Part shown: positions 42,566 through 56,449 of the stretch, piece after piece
Layout of the letters: the number at the start of each line of letters is the position of its first letter
Numbering within the stretch: position 1 is the first letter of the stretch
NCBI GenBank assembly: GCA_964016885.1
Contig: OZ024754.1
Location: forward strand, 14,384,001 to 14,448,000
Source of the DNA: Eledone cirrhosa
Lineage: Eukaryota
Length of the DNA stretch: 64,000 bases
Direction: 5' to 3'
Position numbers and translations under genes: made by a program
Notes under the pieces: model-generated
Databases searched by the model: none
Told to the model about the DNA's origin: nothing
The model's input: the letters and a program-made list of their open reading frames with translations, nothing else

Positions 42566-42749
42566 ATAATTATTATATATATATATATATATATATCCAT
42601 GTATTGTTTTTGTCTTTTCAACAGAACATAGATAGTCGGCAGACGGGAATTTTATGGAAGGCCTATAGGTTCTCACGGGATCACAATATTGTATCCATGA
42701 CAACCATAATGAGAAATTAACCAGGTCTTGTCTGTTCACACTACAGGAA

Positions 42750-43076
42750 CATTTAAAGAAACCCTTCCCGGAAAGCTGAGAAACGATTGCAAGAATGGCC
42801 CGAGTGAATGGACCTACTCTGAGTATATGCCTGTAAATTGAAGGTGGAAAACTGGGAGAGGGCAATTGCCCTGGTGGTCAGGGTCACCGTGGCTTTTTTA
42901 ATGGGCTTTTCCACGATGGCCCTCGGAAGTCTCCCCCCTATTGGGGAATTTTTCATTGTTCTTTTATTACATCCTCTGTTTTTTTGTATATTTTTACACG
43001 CAGAAATGCTCATTTGTACCGTCCTGTATTGTCCTTAATGTCTACTTTGTGTAAACCCTTGTGGTTAATAAAGAAA
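42750..43076 (+). mobile_element. Tx1 3' fragment ending at (ATT)n
   Basis: ARMARVNGPTLSICL* followed by a 3' UTR ending CCTTGTGGTTAATAAAGAAA. Confidence 0.8.
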
Positions 43077-43100
43077 GCATTATTACTATTATTATTATTA

Positions 43101-43743
43101 TCCCTGGCCTGGTAGTGCTACCGGGGAGCTTTGCCGGTTCGAGATAAGCTCTACAGGCACGGAAGTGCCGTCAGCCGAGCCTGTCCGAGATGCGCGCAGA
43201 GCGACGAAACCGTCGTGCACGCACTCTTTCAGTGCCCGACCATTGCTGACTTGTGGAGCTATGTCGAACAGTTGCTGTCGCGTGTAGGACTGATCCGGTT
43301 GTCGACTGAGTCCATTGTGCAGATGGTCTCGCCGTCTTCCTTCGAGGAGGAAGGGCAGGCGGTTTTCATCTGCCTGGTGGCCATGGCGAAAGAGATTGTG
43401 TGGTAGACAAGGTTAAAAGGGTTAAAGACAGACACTTTCCTCTTCGGCGAATCCCTAATTAACTTTTTCAAGTTTCACTTGAAGAGGAAAATCAGGGTGG
43501 AGAGACAAGTGCTGCCTTCTAACAAGTTTGTTGAAAGGTGGGTGAATGTAACGAGAATGGTCCGAGTGAACGGGACCGCTCTGAATATACATCTGTAGTT
43601 TGAGAAATGGAAAAATTGAGAGAGGGCGCTTGCCCTGGTGGTCAGGGTGGCCGTGGTCTTTTGTGTGGTTTTCGCCACGAGTAACCCTCGGAGGTTTCCC
43701 CCCTATTGGGGAATTTTTCATTGTTTCAATTTTCATTTTTATT

Positions 43744-43794
<51 letters not shown>

Positions 43795-43933
43795 TCTATG
43801 TCCTTTTTTTTTCTTTTCTTATATAAATAATAAAAATATTTACACGCACAAAACCCACATCGTACCGTCCTGTACCGTCCTGTGCCGTCTGTAATGTTTT
43901 TCTTGATGTCAGCCCTTGTGGCCAATAAAGAAA
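43101..43933 (+). mobile_element. Tx1 3' fragment flanked by (ATT)n
   Basis: Translates as LPVRDKLYRHG..CPRCAQSDETVVHALFQC and ends CCTTGTGGCCAATAAAGAAA-(TTA)n. Confidence 0.85.
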
Positions 43934-43935
43934 TC

Positions 43936-43998
<63 letters not shown>

Positions 43999-44206
43999 TT
44001 CTTCAAATTCTTGTTAATAAGTAGATTGTGTTGAAATATGTATATGGCGAATGGAAGATGTGGAAGGATAGCTGCCAATGATGAGAGGTGAGAGAGGAAA
44101 AAAAAAAGAAGGAATCTGGTTTATATAAAAGACCGGAGGTGGCAGTGTGAGGCGCGGTTGTTGCCGACAGATATATAATAAACGATAGGCAATTTGATTC
44201 CAGTTA

Positions 44207-44312
<106 letters not shown>

Positions 44313-44327
44313 TATATTTATATATAT

Positions 44328-44376
<49 letters not shown>

Positions 44377-44430
44377 TATATATGCATATATATATATATA
44401 TATATACATATAAATATATATATGCATATG

Positions 44431-44462
<32 letters not shown>

Positions 44463-44559
44463 TATATAAATATATATATATATATGCATATGTATATATA
44501 TATATGTATATATATACATATATACATATATATGCATATGTATATATATATATATATAT

Positions 44560-44739
<180 letters not shown>

Positions 44740-44792
44740 AGTAAGGTTGCTTGGATGCGTCTATATATATATATATATGTATACACACACAC

Positions 44793-44836
<44 letters not shown>

Positions 44837-45589
44837 ATAGCATGATGTGACCCCTTGCACGTGCATGCGCGTGTACAGAGCAAATAGATAAAGCGGCGGC
44901 GGCGACGGAGGGTATGTTGGCGTGGAGCGGAATGAAGAAAAGGGGAAGGAGGATAGGGGGGGAAGGAATAAGGAGGGTGAGAGTAGGCGGGAATTGTTTA
45001 GTCAATGAATTAAATACATGGTAATATGTTTGTGCCAAGTACAGTCACGTGTTAGTAATCGGCGAATGTTCTTATAGTCATCACTGAGAGGGAGAGAGAG
45101 ATAGAGAGGGGGGGGGAGAGGGAGAGATAGGGAAGAGATTCAATAAGAGAGGGACAGGAAGAGAGATTGAGTGAGAGAGAGAGAGACTAAGAGAGAGAGA
45201 GTGGGAGAGAGAAAGGGGGAACAAGTTTGGGTGAGAGAGACAGAAAAGAGAGATTGAGTGAGAGAGAGAGAGAGACAGAAAGAGAGAAAGAGAGACGGAG
45301 ATAGATAGAGAGAGAGAGAGAGTGAGAGTGAGAAAGAGAGAGAGCGATAGAGCGAGAGAGAAAGAGAGAGAGAGAGAGGGAGAGAGAGAGAGAGGGAGAG
45401 AGAGAGAGAAGTATGAGAGAGAGCGCAATAAGAGATGCAAGAAGAAAGCTCTTCTGTACCTCTTTAATATTCCTTTTGCTATAAAGAACTAAAGAACTGC
45501 TCAGTTCTTTGAGGACATTTGCAGGAAGACTTCTCTAAATCAAACCAGAAGAGTTCACAAATATCCCGGACTATGCCCGCCTTTAGGAA

Positions 45590-45670
45590 GTATCCGGCTA
45601 TTGACCGACTCCATTGTGAAGATCGCTCTGCCGCCTTCTTTTGGCCGCGGTGGGCGGGTAGTTTTCCAGC
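45590..45670 (+). mobile_element. Small Tx1 ORF2 fragment
   Basis: Translates as IRLLTDSIVKIALPPSFGRGGRVVF. Confidence 0.6.
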
Positions 45671-45719
45671 ACCCTCCTTACAATCCTTGCTGTTCGCTGG
45701 TCCTATCAAGGCTGATTCT

Positions 45720-45734
45720 ATTCTTCTTCTTCTT

Positions 45735-45795
<61 letters not shown>

Positions 45796-45796
45796 C

Positions 45797-45831
<35 letters not shown>

Positions 45832-45849
45832 ATAGCTGCGGCAGCAGTA

Positions 45850-45885
<36 letters not shown>

Positions 45886-45905
45886 TAGTAGTAATAGCTG
45901 CAGTA

Positions 45906-45968
<63 letters not shown>

Positions 45969-45982
45969 CTGCAGCAGCAGTA

Positions 45983-46027
<45 letters not shown>

Positions 46028-46041
46028 CTGCAGCAGCAGTA

Positions 46042-46087
<46 letters not shown>

Positions 46088-46090
46088 TAT
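45720..46090. repeat. (TTC)n followed by (TAG)n
   Basis: Trinucleotide arrays. Confidence 0.95.
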
Positions 46091-46221
46091 TGTCATTCTT
46101 GTTGTTGCTACTGTTGTCCTGAGATAATTATTACTCGTGCTCTGATGGATTTGCTGTGGTTGTTAATGACAACTGCAGCAAATCCGGTTCTAGAAATCCT
46201 GTTGTTTCTCACTAGTGTTGT

Positions 46222-46253
<32 letters not shown>

Positions 46254-46362
46254 AGAACCTATCCAACAACAGAGCAATACTTACCTACATACATACATGA
46301 TGGTTGCTCCCTCGATATCGAGTATGGCCATTGCACGATATACCATTATTAATAATTATTAG

Positions 46363-46552
46363 AGGGCGGTGGATTGGCAGTATCAGTAGAGGGTCGGACG
46401 CCATGCTTTGACGCATAGAGTTATGGCCCTTGCCATTCTCAGTTCAAATCCCGCCGAGATTAACTTTGCCTTTCATCCTTACGAGGTCGATAAAATAAAG
46501 AACCAGTAATACACTGGATAATTGCTGGCCTTGTGCCAAAAGTAGAAATAAT
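46363..46552 (+). mobile_element. Full-length SINE
   Basis: GGCGGTGGATTGGCAGTATCAGTAGAG, B box, core, and GGCCTTGTGCCAAAAGTAGAAA. Confidence 0.88.
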
Positions 46553-46876
46553 TATTAATAATGATTAATTAATTCTATCGGGCAATGCCTGTGCGTGAAG
46601 ATATTTTTAAAGTGAGGAAAGACTGTGCACTAAGCCAATCCCACTCTCTGAGCGACAGTAGCTATAACCCGAAAAGTAGAAAAGATCAACATCATCGGTA
46701 ACTACTGAGCCGCAGGTTTTATGTCGGAGTTATCCCAGTTTCCTGAGTTGCCTTCTCCTAGAAGAATGCCCTGACAATGGCTAGCGGTCCTTCACTCCCA
46801 GTGGTTTAAGTGCGCAATCGGGTATCCAGCCCGATTATTTCTATGTCCCCGCGCTTATTCATACACATGCATACAT

Positions 46877-46943
<67 letters not shown>

Positions 46944-46944
<1 letters not shown>

Positions 46945-49593
46945 TTAAAGGTTAAACAAGGTTCAATGAATAAATCAAAGAAAAAAGTTTTACAATAGAT
47001 TAGAAGTACTCCACAGCATGGTTTTCCGGAGTTATTAATATTAATTCAAAATATTAACAAAAATAGACATTCGTGTGATCAAGTATATTTTATTATACAT
47101 ATTTCAGAGGTACTGAGCTATCTTCAACAGTACGTCCTCATCAGATAAAATAAGATACCCTGACTAAGTAGATGGTTAAAATTCAGTCATGGCAGTGAAT
47201 AAGATATGACAAAACTCAATATTTATATACCTTAAGATTGAGACATGAAAAAAATACATATAATACAGAGGGTCGTGTGAGATACATAATAAAAAAACAA
47301 CTACAAATATAATACAAACTTATATAACAGACACACTATTAAGCTTTCTTATTCTACAACTATGAATATGGCCCAGAACATTGCAAAAATAAATAGTAGA
47401 ATTCTAAATCATAACCAACAAACAATTAGGGATAATGAATATAATAACACTAGCAATATTAATACTAGGAATAACAATAACATTAATCTAAGCACTATCA
47501 ATAGAACACTTTAAAGTACTAGCAATGTTAATGTCAATTGTTCAATTTATAGTAATAACAATAAATCAAATTAACGGTTATATATAAACATATACATTGT
47601 TAACATGATCTTTTGATGAGTATGCATATCATTTGATTGTTTAAATACATTTAATTTTTTCGGGGTTTATTGTATTTTTTTAAATATATAGCTTATATGT
47701 TTGACAATTATAAGGAATCGTAAACCCTTCATTTATTTATTTTAAATATGTTGTTTTAAGATTCAAGACGTTTGATTTATATATTTATGGTATATGTGTC
47801 GTACACGATCCTAGACGACTAACTTTTTCCACTTAACTTGATGTAAAACTTCAATTATAACATTATTAACAGTAATTGTATTTATTATTTATTATATGTA
47901 TATAATTCACTAATATCGTCTTAAACTTTAAACAGTATACTCTGTATGTATTTAGACAAATGTGCATATCTAGTTTAATAACATCCTTTTAGGTACATTT
48001 ATAAATGCCTTGGATACTTAAGGACATTCTATTGTCAAATATTTTCTAAATTATGTAATGATTATTTTTTAATTTAACTTTTTTTTTTAAATATAATTAA
48101 ATTTGGATTACCTTCGGGTTGATGAAAATCTTAAGTCTTTTCTTTCTCATGTTTGCAGACACTTTAAATATGATATTATACTATAATATAGATCCTTAAA
48201 CATTTTCTTGTATTTTTAAATTATATAGCTTATATATTTGACACTTATAGGATCGCAAACCATTCATTTATTTATTTTGAATCTGTGTTTTAAGTTTTAT
48301 GATTCATGAAGTTTGATTTGTATATTTATAGTATATATGTATTACATGACCCTAGTTGAATAATTTTTTTAATATAATAATTGACGTAAAACCTTATTTT
48401 TAACATTATTAACTAATTTATTTATTATATTATATAGAACTGACTAATATCGTCTTAAACTTTAAACAATGTACTCTTTGTATAAATTTAGACAAATGCG
48501 TATATCTAGTTTAATAATATCCTTTTTAAGTATAATTATAAGGCCTTTGGATACTTAAGGGCATTCTAATTTTTAATTTTTAATTTTAAAATTTTAAAGC
48601 TATAATTGTAATTACTTTCTAAATTATATAATGATTATTTTTTAATATAAAATCTCTTTAATAAAAAAATTTTTTTATATAATTTAATTTGGATTACTTT
48701 CGGGATGAAGAAAATATTAAGTCTCTTCTTTCTCTTGTTTGCAAATACTTTAAATATTATATTATACTATAATATAAATACTTATAAATTTTATAGTCTG
48801 AAATATTATGCCTTTAGATTAATTCACTATTTTGAACTAACATAAATGATTTGAAATTTAATGGTCATCCGGATACGTTGGGATATATATAATTGATTAA
48901 TAGTCTATCTCTAATTAACTTAAGGACTCGAAAATAAACCCTCATATAACTACACCCAGATATACTTGATATTTTGATTGATTGATTATTTCTAGATAAT
49001 TTAACGAATGGAAATTATTCATTCACAAAGCTATGCCCAAATGTATATTTATTTATATATATATTTTGCATCATCTAATTATACGCTATTTATCCACAAT
49101 ACAAATCTCCCTCCCTATGCTTTATACTATAAAAATTATTTTATCCTCGTCTATCTATCCTTAATCAATTTACTTTTGCTTTCATGCATTCTATACTTCT
49201 AGTAACTCTCTTTTTCTTCATCTGTTTCTCTCTCTATCTTTCACTTCTTCTTTCTTCAATAATTTAAATTATTTAAATTTCTAACAGTTATGTAGGTTTA
49301 TATTATATTAGTAGTTGTTTATTATTATGTATCTTTATAAGCTTTCTCACACGCACCCTCTGTATTATATGTAATCTTTTCATGTCTCAATCTTAAGGTA
49401 TATAAATATTGAGTTTTGTCATATCTTATTCCCCGCCATGACTGAATTATAACCATCTACTTAGTCAGGGTATGTCATGCATCATCTTATTTTATCTGAT
49501 GAGGACGTACTGTTGAAGATAGCTCAGTACCTCTGAAATATGTATAATAAAATATACTTGATCACACGAATGTCTTTTTGCTAATATTTTGAA

Positions 49594-49600
<7 letters not shown>
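46944..49600 (-). mobile_element. Family D Penelope-like element with long inverted pLTRs and two intact hammerheads
   Basis: Arms at 47036-~47330 and ~49310-49600. Hammerheads at 47086-47152 (-) and 49488-49554 (+). Minus-strand remnants include GFTIPY. Internal ~540-bp tandem duplication (47668-48197 / 48208-48783). (TA)n at both ends. Confidence 0.7.
49488..49554 (+). ncRNA. Type I hammerhead ribozyme (family D)
   Basis: TATTTTAT-CTGATGA-GGACGTACTG..CAGTACCTCT-GAAA-TATGTA-TA-ATAAAATA, with an 8-bp stem I. Confidence 0.75.
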
Positions 49601-49641
<41 letters not shown>

Positions 49642-49674
49642 CATGCATACATGTATATACATATTTACACATTT

Positions 49675-49866
49675 TTGGATGGCTGTTGACTCTTATGAGT
49701 TCTTCCGCCTTTTGTCAGGTTTTGTTTTTTGTCCTGCAGGATGTCCAAATTTCATCCTCCTCACCAAGTAAACTTGGTGGGGTTGCCGATTTAGTCGCTA
49801 ACGACCCGGCCATGCGACAGGTTGTACTGGGTAACATGTTGCCAGTAGCACTCAAGAGTGACCTGA
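49675..49866 (-). mobile_element. RTE-like 5'-UTR fragment starting at (TATG)n
   Basis: Begins TCAGGTCAC..GTGCTACTGG.AACATG, the same start as 40114. Confidence 0.5.
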
Positions 49867-50099
49867 CATACATACATATATACATACATACATACATAGA
49901 TACGTACATACATATATACACACACATACATACATACACACACACATACATACATACATACATACATACACACACACATACATACATACATACACACACA
50001 CATACATACATACATACATACATACATACATACATACATACATACATACATACATACATACATACATACACACACATATATGCATGTATATATATATAA

Positions 50100-50555
50100 A
50101 ATGTAAATCAGATTTTCGAATATAAATAATAATACTCAATCCGTTTGCAATTATGCAAACATCCTCTTTAAAGCCATGTCAGTAGAATGACTCCCTCATT
50201 CTGACTCTTGTGTTGGCATATAATCAGAACTGCAGACCATATGTTTCTGGGTGATTACCCTTCATCAGTACCGTATACTGCTTACCTGCCAACTGTCAGA
50301 GCAAGTGAAAATATATGATATGTTCTGGCATATACAGTGACTGATCGGTCTGATTTGCATATTAGCAGACTGCCTGATCAATCAGATCTGCATATTAGCA
50401 GACCCACTGATCAACCAGATTTGCATATCAGCAGATAGGCCAGTCAATTTCATGTATACGAGCGATTAATGGCCGGCTTTGCCAAAGTAAAATAACTAAC
50501 AAATAGTTTTATCACTCTACACATGACTGAATATAATAAATGTCAATCTGAGTTC
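50100..50555 (-). mobile_element. Family F-related hammerhead element
   Basis: Hammerhead at 50230-50273 (-): CGGTA-CTGATGA-AGGGT-AATC-ACCCA-GAAA-CATATGG-TC-TGCAG. Upstream GGCAGG..GTATACGGT and ATGCAAAT motifs match family F. Confidence 0.65.
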
Positions 50556-50566
50556 ATATATATACA

Positions 50567-50666
<100 letters not shown>

Positions 50667-51014
50667 TATATATATAAAGTATATATTGAGTTAGAAACTC
50701 AGAATACAATTAAAATAGCTCATTTAGTCTTCTAAGACTTCTAAGAAACCTAGAAGTGAAAGGTTTATTAATTCCTACATCCACCGACGAGCAATAGAAT
50801 TGATAATTCCCCTCCCTTCATGCGAAACAGTTTTATCAAAGACTGTCTGCATGTTTGATAGTTATTACAATTAGGTTTGTACTTTTTCTTAATTTATTCT
50901 TTTAATTGAGTCTGTCAAACCGTATTGTTCATAGTTAGCATCTTATTCACCCTGGCGAATCTGGTCCCTTATGATTTGAACACATATGTCTATATATCTG
51001 TGTTTATCTTTCTT

Positions 51015-51080
<66 letters not shown>

Positions 51081-51376
51081 ATACTTTGGGAGGGTCATAC
51101 TGTCACTAAAACACATGCACCTGTAAATTTTACTTCAATCTTTTTACAAATTTCCAATTGGTTGGTTTAATAACTGGATGGTTGTTTATTTATTGTCAAA
51201 ACTCTTTCCTCGCACATTCTGTGACCTCCTATATATCTAAATATAATGACCAGGGGTTTTCGAAAAATCACATATCAATAATTCTGACACGTGTTTCGAT
51301 GCAATTATTTTTTTGCCTGCAGCATGGAGCTGGCCAAAGAAAACAAAATAAAAAATTCAGACGACTCCCCCACCCC

Positions 51377-51456
<80 letters not shown>

Positions 51457-51545
51457 CATTATATATTAAACATTATATACATATATATATATATGAGAGA
51501 CGTAAAATAAGAAAATTATAAAATTAACTTACTTACTAATTGACC

Positions 51546-51634
<89 letters not shown>

Positions 51635-51673
51635 CATTATATGCATATATATATATGAGAGACGTAAAATAAG

Positions 51674-51712
<39 letters not shown>

Positions 51713-51960
51713 CATTATATACATATATATATATATATATATGAGAGACGTAAAATAAGAAAATTATAAAATTAACTTACTTACTGATTGACCTCGATGT
51801 CACGTGATTGATTCTTTTTGAATTTGTCACAGACGAAGAGGCAGTGACTTTCTCAATGGCTAGGAATCCAGTCCACGCTTCGCTATTTCCTTTCCACTGA
51901 ATTATTTTTTTAATAAGTTTCCAGAGTCCTCGCTATGCCTGGAGACTTACACGGAAAAAG

Positions 51961-52043
51961 ACTTTCCTGATGACGGAATGATTTTCGATATGTTTCTTCG
52001 GAAAATATATTTACTCCATTCCAGAAACTAATTAGTTGGAAGT
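51961..52043 (+). ncRNA. Type I hammerhead ribozyme (family K) in a fold-back element spanning ~51455-52200
   Basis: ACTTTC-CTGATGA-C-GGAATG..CATTCC-A-GAAA-CTAATTAG-TT-GGAAGT. The downstream segment 52051-52097 is inverted at 51495 and 51743. Confidence 0.75.
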
Positions 52044-52209
52044 GATTTTTTAGTAAGTAAGTTAATTTTATAATTTTCTTATTTTACGTCTCTCATATTA
52101 TTGTTCTGCAACCCCATGCATTGAACTACAATGTTAATAAGACAAAACCTATATATTTGCTACCATTGATATGCATCTGTGTGTATATAAATGTTACTAG
52201 ATATAAATT

Positions 52210-52289
<80 letters not shown>

Positions 52290-52292
<3 letters not shown>

Positions 52293-52480
52293 ATGTTTAA
52301 TATAGAAATGGCTTCTACAGGACTAGAACTGTTTCATTCATTTGAATCAGGAAAGGGCTTTCCTGATGATTTCTTTCGAATAAAACAGTTCTAGTCCTGT
52401 AGAAGCCATTTCTATATTAAATATTTATACTCTACTATGTATTGAGTACCTTACTGTGGTTATCCCCGATTGAATCCGAC
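52290..52480 (+). mobile_element. Family A fold-back element; hammerhead at 52356-52407 with GAAA>AAAA
   Basis: GGCTTTC-CTGATGA-TTTCTTTCGAAT-AAAA-CAG-TTCTAGTC-CTG-TA-GAAGCC. Confidence 0.75.
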
Positions 52481-53474
52481 ACACACACACACACACACAC
52501 ACACTACACATACACACACACCCACGCACACACACACCCACACACACATATATATATATATAATTGAATTTTTTTTCAATTGTTGTCGGCCCCTTTTTGT
52601 GAAAGTTCGTTCAATTGCACTCTATGCTCTATGGTAAATCTAACAATGGAAACATCTCCATGTTGCCCATCTTCCTTTGCTTCCCTAATGTCTACTTATT
52701 GGGTAATCTAGCCCTGACTCTGCACTTATGAAAGCAGCATTGCCAAATGGTTAAGAAGTTAACACAAGGTCACAGTTTCCATCTCGCTGCACATCTTGGA
52801 CAAGGGTCATTACAACATTTCTTTCACAAGCAGGCTATTCCGTTGATCAAACAACTGCAACACTCATCGTCGAAACCAACGGAATTCCATTCCATTCTGC
52901 GCTTAGGAATATTCTAGTATCCAAAGCTATCATTCTGTAATTGTTACAATTCGTATTATCTATACTCTTGCACTTATTAAGATCACTAGCGGAAAATTCC
53001 CCCTTTGGGTGGTTTTCTGCTAGCATGTGTAATGTGCATATTGATATTATATGCAAATATATATGCATGTAGATATGATATGTCAAATAAAATTGTAATT
53101 GACAATATACACAGAAATTGAAGAGAGACTATCTTGCACTTTCTTCCGTAATCAGTAAAGTAATCCATGATACATTTAAAAAAGATATTATATATAAACC
53201 GCATTTCGGTGAAATGTAATGAAAACGAAAAAGGAGAAAATTAGCGACGGAAATATAAACTTTGTATAACGATGCAAATATATGAACGTGTATTGAAGCG
53301 ATGGAATATAGCGTCCGTTATTTCATAACCGGAAGTATTGGCATTTGAAAATTTTAAAAGAAGTGAATCTTAGAATAAGGAATCATTATATATAAGAATA
53401 TTTATGTTTAATCAACAGCTATGAAATTTAGGAGATACATTTCATAATATTCATTCATTATTTATTCAAAGTAA

Positions 53475-54055
53475 GGGTGGTGGATTGGCAGTATGGGTAG
53501 AGGGTCGGACGCCATGCTTTCTAGCATAGTTACGTCCCTTTACAGACTGAGTTCAAATCCCACCGAGGTTAACTTTGCCTTTCATCCTTACGGGGTCGAT
53601 AAAATAAAGTACCAGTAATGCACTGGAAAATTGCTGGCCTTGTGCCAAATGTACAAACAATTATATATTAGGCGGTGGATTGGCAGTATCGGTAGAGGGT
53701 CGGACGCCATGCTTTCCAGCATAGTTACGTCCCTTTACAGACTGAGTTCAAATCCCACCGAGGTTAACTTTGCCTTTCATCCTTACGGGGGTCGATAAAA
53801 TAAAGTACCAGTTATGTACTGTGTAATTGCTCGCCTTGTGCCAAAAGTAGAAACAATTATATATTAGGCGGTGGATTGGCAGTATCGGTAGAGGGTCGGA
53901 CGCCATGCTTTCCAGCATAGTTACGTCCCTTTACGATCTGAGTTCAAATCCAGCCGAGGTTGACTTTGCCTTTCATCCTTACGGGGTCGATAAAATAAAG
54001 TACCAGTAATGCACTGGGTAATTGCTGGCCTTGTGCCTAAAAGTAGAAACAATTA
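53475..54055 (+). mobile_element. Three head-to-tail full-length SINEs
   Basis: ~195-bp period with near-identical units. Confidence 0.9.
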
Positions 54056-54316
54056 TTTATTAGATATACGAAATAGCATGCACGATTTCTACACAACTTG
54101 TAGTCTTAATATCTATATAGGTTATAGGATATTTGAATTACAAAACGTCAGGATAATAATATATCGAAACCGAATCCACACATGGTTGGTTTTATTTATC
54201 TTCTATCAGTGTTGAAAGTTACTATATATCACCCCCCCCCCCCCTCCAAAAACAAATTCTATTAAGCTATATCAACCATCAAAATGCGCGCCAATTTACC
54301 GAACATCCCGCCTCAG

Positions 54317-54363
<47 letters not shown>

Positions 54364-54600
54364 TACAATGAAGGAGTATAAAAATGCAAACAGCGTAAGA
54401 ATTAATGGCTAGTTTCCAAACAACGAATCTTTGTGTGTGTGTTTGTATGTAAACACCCCCTCACACACATACTCATAAATATATATATATATAAACACAC
54501 ACACACTACCGCACACATATACATATATATAAGAAGAAAACGAGAGGTAAATATATATATATATGTGTAAATATATATATATATATATGTATATATATGT

Positions 54601-54632
<32 letters not shown>

Positions 54633-54638
54633 GTATAT

Positions 54639-54687
<49 letters not shown>

Positions 54688-54701
54688 TATATATATATAC
54701 T

Positions 54702-54734
<33 letters not shown>

Positions 54735-54757
54735 GTATATATATACATATACATATA

Positions 54758-54788
<31 letters not shown>

Positions 54789-54797
54789 GTATGTATA

Positions 54798-54847
<50 letters not shown>

Positions 54848-54935
54848 ACATACATATATGTATATATATATATATATATATAAATACATGTACACATTTA
54901 CATATATATATACATGTACATATATATATATATAT

Positions 54936-54996
<61 letters not shown>

Positions 54997-55117
54997 TACC
55001 TCGACACCAGCTCTACAATGATACTTAGGTCCTTATAAGTATCTGATCCACAGTCTCTCAACAACAACGAATAAACCTTACTTTATATTTTCCTTGTAAA
55101 CTACGAACGATGTTGTT

Positions 55118-56322
55118 GATTACTATAGTAGTTATATAGATGGTACTATAGTAGTTATGATGGTACTATAGTAGTTATATAGATGGTACTATAGTAGTTA
55201 TATAGATGGTACTATAGTAGTTATGATGGTACTATAGTAGTTATATAGATGGTACTATAGTAGTTATGATGGTACTATAGTAGTTATATAGATGGTACTA
55301 TAGTAGTTATATAGATGGTACTATAGTAGTTATATAGATGGTACTATAGTAGTTATATAGATGGTACTATAGTAGTTATATAGATGGTACTATAGTAGTT
55401 ATATAGATGGTACTATAGAAGTTATATAGATGGTACTATAGTAGTTATATAGATGGTACTATAGTAGTTATATAGATGGTACTATAGAAGTTATGATGGT
55501 ACTATAGTAGTTATATAGATGGTACTATAGAAATTATGATGGTACTATAGTAGTTATGATGGTACTATAGTAGTTATGATGGTACTATAGTAGTTATGAT
55601 GGTACTATAGAAGTTATGATGATACTATAGTAGTTATATAGATGGTACTATAGTAGTTATGATGGTACTATAGTAGTTATGATGGTACTATAGAAGTTAT
55701 GATGATACTATAGTAGTTATATAGATGGTACTATAGTAGTTATGATGGTACTATAGTAGTTATATAGATGGTACTATAGAAGTTATGATGGTACTATAGT
55801 AGTTATGATGGTACTATAGTAGTTATGATGGTACTATAGTAGTTATATAGATAGTACTATAGTAGTTATATAGATGGAACTATAGTAGCTATATAGATGG
55901 TACTATAGTAGTTATGATGATACTATAGCAGTTATGATGGTACTATAGTAGTTATGATGGTACTATAGTAGTTATGATGGTACTATAGCACTTATGATGG
56001 TACTATAGCAGTTATGATGGTACTATAGCAGTTATGATGGTACTATAGCAGTTATGATGGTACTATAGCAGTTATGATAGTACTATAGTTGTTATGATGG
56101 TACTATAGCAGTTATGATTGTACTATAGTAGTTATGATGGTACTATAGCAGTTATGATAGTACTATAGTAGTTATGATGGTACTATAGCAGTTATGATGG
56201 TACTATAGCAGTTATGATGGTACTATAGCAGTTATGATGGTACTATAGTTGTTATGATGGTACTATAGCAGTTATGATGGTACTATAGTAGTTATGATGG
56301 TACTATAGTAGTTATGATGGTG
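55118..56322. repeat. Minisatellite, 20/23-bp unit with an internal palindrome
   Basis: GATGGTACTATAGTAGTTAT(ATA); contains TACTATAGTA. Confidence 0.93.
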
Positions 56323-56449
56323 TTTTTGCTAGTGGTATGATGGAGGTAACCTGGTGGTGAGGCAGTGAATTAGCAGAGTTGTTAGAGCGTGCTTTGGGAT
56401 TTGTACCTTATTTCACTCTGAGTTCAAATCCCACGAAGGTCGATAAAAA

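Noticed and set aside
46363-46460. tRNA gene
   Set aside because: The A/B boxes belong to a multi-copy SINE head and there is no complete cloverleaf.
52847-53086. 79-aa non-repetitive ORF
   Set aside because: It has no recognisable motif and its length is compatible with chance.
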